This document shows, piece after piece, positions 36,575 to 43,461 of a stretch of DNA of 62,074 nucleotides. The notes below the pieces were generated by a model. That model did no database searches, was not told the origin of the DNA, and saw only the letters and a list, made by a program, of their open reading frames with translations. A program made the position numbers and the translations under genes. Numbering within the stretch: position 1 is the first letter of the stretch; every line of letters starts with the position of its first letter. The DNA is from a virus. Where the stretch lies: the IMG/VR virus record IMGVR_UViG_3300045988_098821; one strand, 5' to 3'.

Positions 36575-37310
36575 TTAGCTGCAAGAAATTTACCTCGAAA
36601 GCCGTAAGGAATCCTTGCACTGCTACGGTTCTTTATAATATTGGAGTTTATTATATGATCGATAAACCACGTCTTTTATTTAAAAAACGTTAGTTTCCGA
36701 GCTTCAGCGAACTCCGCAGCTAAAACGCTGATTGAATTTTAATTCAAACATGATTAGGGTTTCCCCTTATTTAATCATGGTAAAAGTCATATTCTGCCAC
36801 TGTGATGATAGGTCTGAGCTTCCGAGAGCGACTCTTGGCTTCCTACCACTGTCAAAGCACACACTGGATTGATACCAGTAAATTTCACGGTTCTTTCAGA
36901 ATGTTTTGTTTAACGATTTTTCTTATCACCTTTAAATCATTTTATTGAAAACAAGAATTTGCCATACCGCTACTTTAACGACTTTCTTGTGTTATACACT
37001 GATTTCTCAGCTTCAAGGCAAATCGGCTTCTTGAGAATTTCCATCTCTGTTGGTAGTCTCTCACACCACGAACTAAATGGATTGTTCTTGCACTGCAAGC
37101 GTCTATTGATCGCCGACCACAAGGAGTCTGCTATTGACTTCTCTATGATGATACACTGCAAGGCATTGTTGACGGTTTCCGTCTTCACCAATGGAATCAC
37201 TCCCACTGGAAAGAATCAGCTTATCCAATATCTCGAACAAGCCTATCTCGTTACGATTGCATCTCGGCATGACTGAAAAATCACTCTTCACCGAGTTAAT
37301 CATGTTTGAA
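36575..37310 (-). ncRNA. Candidate large structured non-coding RNA (~736 nt) between tRNA-Gln and a tRNA-like element
   Basis: No credible ORF. Many helices, some with GAAA loops, plus a 12-bp long-range helix (36952-36963 with 37017-37033). G-U pairs favour minus-strand sense. Confidence 0.55.
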
Positions 37311-37371
37311 TTGCCGTGGTCGGATTCGAACCAACACATTTCACACGTTCTACCAATTGAACTACACGGCA
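37311..37371 (-). ncRNA. tRNA-like element lacking the anticodon arm
   Basis: TGCCGTG/TA/GTTC-AATTGGTA-GAAC/G/TGTGAAATGT/GTTGG-TTCGAAT-CCGAC/CACGGCA/A: intact acceptor, D and T arms, but only 10 nt where about 22 nt (anticodon arm + variable loop) belong. Confidence 0.6.
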
Positions 37372-37429
37372 AACCGAAAGGAAAAAATCTTATGAAAGGA
37401 TGACTCTCCAAGTTCACCACGCTTGGAGA

Positions 37430-37503
37430 AGCTACCGCCCGGAATCGAACCGGGACCCTGTTGATTCGTAATCAACTGCTCTATCCATTTGAGCTATGAT
37501 AGC
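37430..37503 (-). tRNA. tRNA-Arg (anticodon ACG)
   Basis: Hand fold: GCTATCA/TA/GCTC-AAATGGATA-GAGC/A/GTTGA-TTACGAA-TCAAC/AGGGT/CCCGG-TTCGATT-CCGGG/CGGTAGC/T; one A-C at position 7:66. Confidence 0.8.
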
Positions 37504-37612
37504 ATTTCACGGTTTTTGAAATTTTTTAATCACTTTAAACTTATGGGAATCAAAACTAATCTAAAGGAAAATGGCATATTGACTGCAAATAAGGCGCGTA
37601 CATGAGGGGTGT

Positions 37613-37636
37613 TTCTGAGAACCGTGAAACTCAGAA
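37613..37636 (-). other. Hairpin immediately 3' of tRNA-Met; its 10-nt loop is complementary to two distant sites
   Basis: 7-bp stem ttctgag/ctcagaa. Loop aaccgtgaaa (37620-37629) is the reverse complement of tttcacggtt at 37505-37514 and 36883-36892. Confidence 0.7.
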
Positions 37637-37638
37637 AT

Positions 37639-37711
37639 AGCAGATGCCGGAGTCGAACCGACTATTTCAAGATCATGACTCTTGCGTGGTATTCCGTTCC
37701 ACTCATCTGCA
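37639..37711 (-). tRNA. tRNA with CAU anticodon (Met or Ile2), non-canonical details
   Basis: Hand fold: TGCAGAT/GA/GTGG-AACGGAATA-CCAC/G/CAAGA-GTCATGA-TCTTG/AAATA/GTCGG-TTCGACT-CCGGC/ATCTGCT; has a U1:U72 mismatch and G at position 8. Confidence 0.6.
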
Positions 37712-37713
37712 AA

Positions 37714-37796
37714 CGCCGTATGAAGGATTCGAACCTCCAAGTCATTTCTGACCGAACGCTTAGCAAGCGTCTCCGATACCATTACGGGAATACGGC
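37714..37796 (-). tRNA. tRNA-Ser (anticodon GCU), long variable arm
   Basis: Hand fold: GCCGTAT/TC/CCG-TAATGGTAT-CGG/A/GACGC-TTGCTAA-GCGTT/variable arm GTCA-GAAA-TGAC/GGAGG-TTCGAAT-CCTTC/ATACGGC/G. Confidence 0.8.
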
Positions 37797-38106
37797 TTAT
37801 CGAAGATGCGTTTTTACTGAACAGTCATCTCCCATTAAACAGGTTCCGTGATTTTTCATGTGTATACCCACTACTGCGCTCACGTTCGGCTACAGCCTAT
37901 CACTGCCAGTTCTCCGCAAAGATCCTGGGTTGAGTTGCACATCATACGTCAGATTAACAATCAACAACGATATTCTGACGGAACCGATTTCAGAATCGGC
38001 TAAACCTACCGGGACTTGTGACGTCCCTTTATTCAGCTTTCCGCTAGTAGGTGGAGAATCGTCACATGGACGAATATATGAAACCAAGTATTGGTAAATG
38101 CCTTAA
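37797..38106 (-). ncRNA. Hairpin-rich non-coding leader upstream of the tRNA cluster
   Basis: 310 nt without a credible ORF; hairpins at 37947-37980 (7 bp), 37984-37999 (6 bp) and 38011-38027 (5 bp). Confidence 0.4.
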
Positions 38107-38355
38107 TTATTTTTTTGGCGTTGAAATTGCAAATCCAAGAAATCCAACAAAAATGATTACCGCCATAACAATCACTGAAAGAAATGCTTTTACGATTGTT
38201 ATCCAAATAATCGCTGCTGTAAGTTGTCCTGCATCCAAAGCAATACAAGCTGTCAAAATTGATTTAAACAAAAGCAAATATCCTCCGACATAAAGTCCTC
38301 CGGCAACTCCGGCAATGAGAAATGCAATTGCTAAAATCCATCTTAATTTCTTCAT
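38107..38355 (-). CDS. Small multi-pass membrane protein (82 aa)
   Basis: ORF track; hydrophobic throughout (ILAIAFLIAGVAGGLYVGGYLLLF...). Confidence 0.6.
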   Translation of the reverse strand: MKKLRWILAIAFLIAGVAGGLYVGGYLLLFKSILTACIALDAGQLTAAIIWITIVKAFLSVIVMAVIIFVGFLGFAISTPKK

Positions 38356-38447
38356 CTTCTATTCCTCCGTATGACAGGTGTTTGTCAGTTTCTTTTTACA
38401 TACACTCTGGAAGTGATCCATTCCTGTGATAATCATGATTAATCCTC

Positions 38448-38924
38448 CTACTCTGCAAATACCCAATCTTCTGCAAGCATATCTGCTTGTGTCGGAACAT
38501 ACTGCTCACATTTTGTGTAATAAGGATAATTTTTAGATTCACCTGCTTTTATAATTGAGTATTCCTCGCTATTAAATTTGTCTTCCCTTTCACCATCAAG
38601 ACAAGCTCTGAAAGTGGCTTGTGCAAGTTGTAAGAACATGTCTGGTTCAAACGTCAATCGTCTTACACGTTTCTTGTTCTTCACCTGCTTCATAGCTTCG
38701 TGAAATGAAAATGTATTCATGCCACCAAGTGCCAGACAGTTCGTGTCATCCGCAAAAATCCATTCATCGGAACAAATATTTGAAAATGTATAATCTACAC
38801 ACTCAGTTCTACGAACATCAATGTCCTTACCATCTTTTGTATGCATCAGAATTGACTGTGCCGGAATACACCAGAACCAATATCCAGCCCATGATGGAAG
38901 TTTTACCTTTGCTCCATGTTTCAT
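38448..38924 (-). CDS. Tandem DUF2829-like protein (possible Tad2-type signal sponge)
   Basis: 158 aa. C-terminal half FSFHEAMKQVKNKKRVRRL...YVPTQADMLAEDWVFAE and N-terminal half GAKVKLPSWAGYW...ILMHTKDGKD...SDEWIFAD both fit the DUF2829 pattern as I recall it. Confidence 0.5.
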   Translation of the reverse strand: MKHGAKVKLPSWAGYWFWCIPAQSILMHTKDGKDIDVRRTECVDYTFSNICSDEWIFADDTNCLALGGMNTFSFHEAMKQVKNKKRVRRLTFEPDMFLQLAQATFRACLDGEREDKFNSEEYSIIKAGESKNYPYYTKCEQYVPTQADMLAEDWVFAE

Positions 38925-38933
38925 TTCTCCTTT

Positions 38934-39344
38934 TTATAAACTCGATCGCTCTGCTTTCCACTTAGCCACTCTGTCGCACATGATTTTTCGAACCTTTTCC
39001 TGAGGCATGTCTTTTGAAAATGTGGCAGATATCAGGATCATGCGCCCATCATGCGTAAGGATTTTTCCAATTTCATTTCTACCAAATGAATAAAACGGGT
39101 CGCACCAATACATGTTCTCCAATGTTTTGTAATCAAACGCTGCATCATAGCATAAACCAACATCCTCATTAGTCTCACATTGAATTTCGTCTGTGTCATA
39201 TTCTTCAATTATAGCCGTGTCGCTACGATATCCATTTGAGCCATTCAGCATTGCACATATCTGTTCAGCTTTCTCTTTGCTTAATGCAACTGCATTTATG
39301 TTGTAATCCGAATACTCTCCAGAAGTAATCACATATACTTTCAT
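38934..39344 (-). CDS. Hypothetical protein (136 aa)
   Basis: ORF track. Confidence 0.55.
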   Translation of the reverse strand: MKVYVITSGEYSDYNINAVALSKEKAEQICAMLNGSNGYRSDTAIIEEYDTDEIQCETNEDVGLCYDAAFDYKTLENMYWCDPFYSFGRNEIGKILTHDGRMILISATFSKDMPQEKVRKIMCDRVAKWKAERSSL

Positions 39345-39530
39345 TTCATCGCTCTCCTAAATCAACAGCAATTTACTCATTTCTCTTCTCCCTGTGCTTC
39401 ATCTGACAAGAAAACATTTGCACCACATTCATTCTTTCTTGTCTGATTCCGTGTCCCTATTTGAAAAGCTCACATTCAAGAATCTCTCCGCAGTGAACAC
39501 ATTCATCGTTGATTTCTTTCCCGGCAATTT

Positions 39531-39701
39531 TCATTTCTCTTCCAACGCTTTCCAGATTTCCGCAATTATAAAACAAATCAATAAAACTGCTAGTATTCCG
39601 AGTGTTCCGAATTTGTAATCAACTAACGCTATCACCAAGAATACTAGCGCTGCGATAATTCCTTTTGCAACTCCAATTCCAATTGCTCTAAGCCATTTCA
39701 T
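39531..39701 (-). CDS. Small membrane protein (56 aa)
   Basis: ATG 39701 (MKWLRAIGIGVAKGIIAALVFLVIALVDYKFGTLGILAVLLICFIIAEIW...). Confidence 0.5.
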   Translation of the reverse strand: MKWLRAIGIGVAKGIIAALVFLVIALVDYKFGTLGILAVLLICFIIAEIWKALEEK

Positions 39702-39702
39702 G

Positions 39703-39900
39703 TCATTCCTCCCCTGAAATACGTTTCGTGATTCTCTCAGCGATAGCAAGTGTCTTTTCGCCAACCTCAGGTATCTCACGTATCACTGATTCAACAGATG
39801 CCACAAACGCATCATAGAATTCTTCGTGTTTCATCAGTTCCCTTTTGATAACTTCACATGATGTCTGAAGAATCTGTTCCTTGAACCCGATATCATTCAT
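39703..39900 (-). CDS. Hypothetical protein (65 aa)
   Basis: ATG 39900 (MNDIGFKEQILQTSCEVIK...) after GGGGTG; overlaps the upstream stop. Confidence 0.5.
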   Translation of the reverse strand: MNDIGFKEQILQTSCEVIKRELMKHEEFYDAFVASVESVIREIPEVGEKTLAIAERITKRISGEE

Positions 39901-40264
39901 ACGAATCACCCCGGAAGATTCTTTCTCCAGCGTACAGATCAACCAGAACTCTAATTGCTGTCTTCAAGTCATCATTGTCTGATTCGAGATATCCGTTCTT
40001 CTCTTCTGCAATCTCGATTTCACGAATGAGGTCTGATCTGTCGCAATCCTCATATGGGTCAAACGAGAATGGAAGTTTTTCATCCTCAAGAGATTCGATA
40101 TCTTCTCCGAATGCATCTGCATCGATTTCCTGTCCGGCAAATTCCCTCGAACAGTCTCTGAACTCAAGAACAAGTCCACACTCTTCGCACCACTGACTTG
40201 CCAAACACAGCATCTCTTTCAGTTCCCGTTTACTCAATCCTTTTAAATCTTTCTTTGTAATCAT
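39893..40264 (-). CDS. Strongly acidic hypothetical protein (123 aa)
   Basis: ORF track; D/E-rich. Confidence 0.55.
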   Translation of the reverse strand: MITKKDLKGLSKRELKEMLCLASQWCEECGLVLEFRDCSREFAGQEIDADAFGEDIESLEDEKLPFSFDPYEDCDRSDLIREIEIAEEKNGYLESDNDDLKTAIRVLVDLYAGERIFRGDSYE

Positions 40265-40407
40265 TTTCCTGATATCACCTTTCCGCAGCTCTTACACCGC
40301 CAATAATGTTTTGTCTTGAAACTTCCGTCTTCCTGTCGAACAAGGTCTGAATGGTCATGCACTGTATGATCGTGTCGACAGAACAGGCGTTGAATAATTT
40401 TCAGCAT
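40261..40407 (-). CDS. Small zinc-finger-like protein (48 aa)
   Basis: Hand translation MLKIIQRLFCRHDHTVHDHSDLVRQEDGSFKTKHYWRCKSCGKVISGK; GGAGG before the ATG. Confidence 0.45.
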   Translation of the reverse strand: MLKIIQRLFCRHDHTVHDHSDLVRQEDGSFKTKHYWRCKSCGKVISGK

Positions 40408-40418
40408 ATTGTCCTCCA

Positions 40419-40577
40419 CTATTCAATTCTCAAAATGTACTTGATATCTTTTCCATTGATAATTGCTACTGTCTCTTCATCCTTTTCAAAGACAATCAAG
40501 ATATCTTCTATAATCTTCATCGAATCCGCTCTGATCGTCAGCGTTACTCTCTCTTGAACTATCTCGTATCTGTGCAT
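40419..40577 (-). CDS. Small hypothetical protein (52 aa)
   Basis: Hand translation MHRYEIVQERVTLTIRADSMKIIEDILIVFEKDEETVAIINGKDIKYILRIE. Confidence 0.45.
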   Translation of the reverse strand: MHRYEIVQERVTLTIRADSMKIIEDILIVFEKDEETVAIINGKDIKYILRIE

Positions 40578-40579
40578 AA

Positions 40580-40867
40580 TCAGTTTCTCCCGTTTGTTTT
40601 CCGTCTCATTGGCAAACCGTGAAGTTTTCTCCAGTTATTTGAACCGAATAACAATTTCCAATCAAATTTGTTTTTCAAATAATCTGTTTTGAAACTTAGC
40701 GAAGCTTTAAATTCTCCGTCATTTTCTCCATTCCCTATCTTCACGTCTGCATCATCAACAAGTTTTTCAGAAAGATCATGAATCCAATCATCTATAATCG
40801 TCATTCTCCTCACAATTCCATCAGATTTTATAAAAACCTGTCTGAGATTTTCATCTTTTTCACCCAT
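40580..40867 (-). CDS. Hypothetical protein (95 aa)
   Basis: ORF track. Confidence 0.55.
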   Translation of the reverse strand: MGEKDENLRQVFIKSDGIVRRMTIIDDWIHDLSEKLVDDADVKIGNGENDGEFKASLSFKTDYLKNKFDWKLLFGSNNWRKLHGLPMRRKTNGRN

Positions 40868-40878
40868 CGCACATTCTC

Positions 40879-41238
40879 CTAAAGCGCATTCACACTCTCA
40901 AAAGCTTTTATCATCTTCGGAAACTGAATTGCTATCCAGTCAACCATTTCTTCATTTCTCGCCCATGCACCCATCGGAACACTGGAACAATGCTGCAATC
41001 CAGATTCGTCCAAAAATTCGTGTGTAATTTCATGTCGCAGCAATCTCTTTCGATATGCAGACTGCTCGATATCTGTCATATCAGGGAACGATTCTTTTTC
41101 AGAAGTATCAGCGATTACCATAAGCTTTTCGTCATCTGAACAATATCCATCAGCACCGTTCTTTCTCATATATTCATCTTCTGACCGTTTATGGACTTCA
41201 ATTCTGTATTCAGTTCCAAGAATATTTACTGTTGTCAT
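40879..41238 (-). CDS. HExxH zinc-metallopeptidase-like protein
   Basis: LLRHEITHEFLDESGL motif; ATG 41238 after GGAGG. Confidence 0.5.
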   Translation of the reverse strand: MTTVNILGTEYRIEVHKRSEDEYMRKNGADGYCSDDEKLMVIADTSEKESFPDMTDIEQSAYRKRLLRHEITHEFLDESGLQHCSSVPMGAWARNEEMVDWIAIQFPKMIKAFESVNAL

Positions 41239-41351
41239 TACAAAATCCTCCAAAGTGCTTTTACATCATCAAGTCTGAACATGGCCTGGACTGAATCTCC
41301 AGATTGAAAAGTGACTATTCCATTTTCCGTATCCACATTGCTGCTCGATGC

Positions 41352-41465
41352 TTAAACAATCACGAATTCGCAACCTATCAATTCAACGCTGTAGACTGGC
41401 TTAGCTATTTTCATTTCACTAAAACCGAATGTACCTTTCAGATTTTCAGGCTTGTCTTTGTTCAT
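41352..41465 (-). CDS. Small hypothetical protein (37 aa)
   Basis: ATG 41465 (MNKDKPENLKGTFGFSEMKIAK...) after GGAGG; short, weak support. Confidence 0.35.
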   Translation of the reverse strand: MNKDKPENLKGTFGFSEMKIAKPVYSVELIGCEFVIV

Positions 41466-41722
41466 GTTCGTTTCCTCCATGATGGCTTTTTGTTTTTGAG
41501 TTAGAATTGGGGACTTAGTAAGCCGATTTTTCAAAGCTGTTTTAACCCCCTCCCCGGTAGGTTCTTTATTGTCTGATTATTTGTATTATTGTTAATCTAT
41601 TTAATAAACACTAATTTATCCAATAGAGTTGACCATTTCCCATGGAATCCAGTTTAAAATCACTCCAAAGTCAATGATTTATTTTAACCACAAGTTTTTC
41701 CGTTCTCAAATCTTAAAAAATA

Positions 41723-42409
41723 TCAATCGTTTTCCTCGATCTGTGGCGGTAAATCCTGCCCGAGCTGTGGCAATTGGTCAGCGGTCAGTGGTCTTGCCTC
41801 CACCTTCTCACGGCTAACGCCTGGAAGGTTCCACATGTGATGCCTGTTTAGTGACGGGAGGACCTTCATCGGATTTATACGCTTATCTTGTAACATTGAC
41901 TCCAATGACTGCTCGTTGTCATCCATGATTTTCTTGCGTAAATCGACAGTCTTTCTACTTAGTCTATTCCCACTACTACAACTATGTTTATTATATTTAT
42001 TACTGTATTTGCTATCGCTGTCCCAGTTATAGAGTGTTTGTTTGTCAATCCCGATCATGTCGGCGAATCCCTTGATATTGACAACCTGGCAATGTTTATT
42101 GCAGATTCTCTTGTAGATCTCGTAAGCGTTCATTACTTTTTCATCGTCATATCTTACACCAACTCTTCCATCAACCCAGAGCAAAGTACCGTTCTTGTCA
42201 AACAATGTCAGCCTGATCTCTTCAATGATATCATTCCAGATCTGTGGTGGAATGTCTGACTCGTCAAGATCATCTCTCATGCAGTAATCAGTGATCACGT
42301 CATCAACTAAGGCTCTGAGGTTGACAGGATCAACTTCAACATTTTCAACACTGTTCACTGTCTCAGCTTCTACTCTCTCTGTTTTCTGCGCTGCTCTTCT
42401 CTTAGTCAT
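41723..42409 (-). CDS. Terminase small subunit-like DNA-binding protein
   Basis: ATG 42409 (MTKRRAAQKTERVEAE...) after GGAGGTG; IKGFADMIGIDKQTLYNWDSD HTH and ...QDKRINPMKVLPSLNRHHMWN resemble TerS families. Lies 5.7 kb from TerL. Confidence 0.5.
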   Translation of the reverse strand: MTKRRAAQKTERVEAETVNSVENVEVDPVNLRALVDDVITDYCMRDDLDESDIPPQIWNDIIEEIRLTLFDKNGTLLWVDGRVGVRYDDEKVMNAYEIYKRICNKHCQVVNIKGFADMIGIDKQTLYNWDSDSKYSNKYNKHSCSSGNRLSRKTVDLRKKIMDDNEQSLESMLQDKRINPMKVLPSLNRHHMWNLPGVSREKVEARPLTADQLPQLGQDLPPQIEEND

Positions 42410-42445
42410 TGTCTTCACCTCCATACTGTCAAATAATCTATAAAC

Positions 42446-42608
42446 AAAAAAGCCTAGACACATCGAGAGATCAAACAGCTCATTTTCTGTTATTTTCTCG
42501 ATATGCCTAGGCTGACGATTCCTAGCTCTTTTTGATCCAGCTCCCATTCGGCTTTCACAGATTTCTTGTCGCTGATGCTATTATAACACAGCAAAGATCT
42601 GTTTGCAA
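42446..42608 (-). promoter_or_regulatory. Cassette A: promoter, conserved ~60-nt leader, long terminator hairpin, directly upstream of the TerS-like gene
   Basis: TTGCAA (42608-42603), 17-nt spacer, TGTGTTATAAT (42590-42580); 17-bp stem 42452-42512 then U6 (42451-42446). Paralogue at 49857..50021. Confidence 0.65.
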
Positions 42609-43136
42609 TAGTGTCGAGTAAATTAATTTTATTTTTTTATCAAGGCGTGTGCGTCCGTGTATGTGCGTGCTCGGCTGTGCGCTTCGTGTCCGTGTTTTGA
42701 TAATCAGGACAGACAATCCACTGTTCTGTCGGCTGTGGTTGTCTCTTCCTGCCGTTGTTCGTTTCTTGTCTGATCGATTTATTTTTACATCGATTTTGGG
42801 GAGGTATACAGTCGGTGTTTTCTCAAAACCCGACCTTTTTAAAACTATAGACTGAACGTAGTGAAGGATATAGTTTTGAAAAGTAATAAATATATATATT
42901 ATAAATTATTTAGTAAGTCGATTATTAGGGCTGTATCCATTCTGTATCCATTCTGTATACAAATAGCATAATAATTTGCACAGCGTAACATTTAATAAAT
43001 CACTGTTTGCCCTTGTGTTTACTGGCTTTGTTGACATTTGTTAAATATTTATCGTAACAATTTGTTAACACTTTTGTAACCCTACTTGCCATATTAGTTT
43101 GAACTAACAACTATTTTTTAAATAGACACTGGAAGC

Positions 43137-43163
43137 GCAAAAAGACAGCCGTTTCCAGCTGCC
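43137..43163 (-). terminator. Intrinsic terminator after 43190..43378
   Basis: Minus-strand GGCAGC-tggaaacg-GCTGTC then TTTTTG. Confidence 0.55.
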
Positions 43164-43189
43164 TTTCCATTGATTTATTTTATGCTGTT

Positions 43190-43378
43190 TTAATCTGCGA
43201 ACAGTTCAAGAAATTCGTTTACATCTTCCAGTGATCCAAGCTCTACCTTTTCACTGTTCGGATTATCACTGTAGAAAAATGTATTGCCATCTTTCCAAAA
43301 TGCAAAAGAACTATCACTGTACACCCGGAAAGCCTTTTCCGTCAGTTCGCCTGCTCCTGTAAATTCATATCTTTTCAT
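43190..43378 (-). CDS. Hypothetical protein (62 aa)
   Basis: ORF track; driven by the left copy of the twin promoter. Confidence 0.55.
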   Translation of the reverse strand: MKRYEFTGAGELTEKAFRVYSDSSFAFWKDGNTFFYSDNPNSEKVELGSLEDVNEFLELFAD

Positions 43379-43428
43379 TGTATTTTCCTCCTTTGAACGC
43401 TATAATCAATGTATCTCTTACAAGTATT

Positions 43429-43456
43429 ATTATATCACTTTATAAAGTTATGTCAA
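43429..43456 (-). promoter_or_regulatory. Twin promoter/operator, left copy
   Basis: Minus-strand TTGACA, 16-nt spacer, TATAAT, with the perfect palindrome ACTTTATAAAGT (43437-43448) in the spacer. Confidence 0.6.
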
Positions 43457-43461
43457 TGCTT

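Noticed and set aside
36392-38293. Several 60-105-aa track ORFs on both strands inside the RNA island (e.g. 36392..36607, 36959..37276, 36970..37206, 37103..37420, 37561..37782, 37609..37851, 37858..38097, 37890..38087, 38033..38248, 38051..38293).
   Set aside because: They overlap tRNA genes or one another, lack RBSs, and have unprotein-like composition. The region is better explained as RNA genes.
42410-42547. The 46-codon N-terminal extension of the TerS-like ORF (MGAGSKRARNRQPRHIEKITENELFDLSMCLGFFVYRLFDSMEVKT).
   Set aside because: It is a translation of the cassette-A leader and terminator hairpin. A strong GGAGGTG RBS precedes the internal ATG 42409. The paralogous cassette B has the same sequence with no gene attached.
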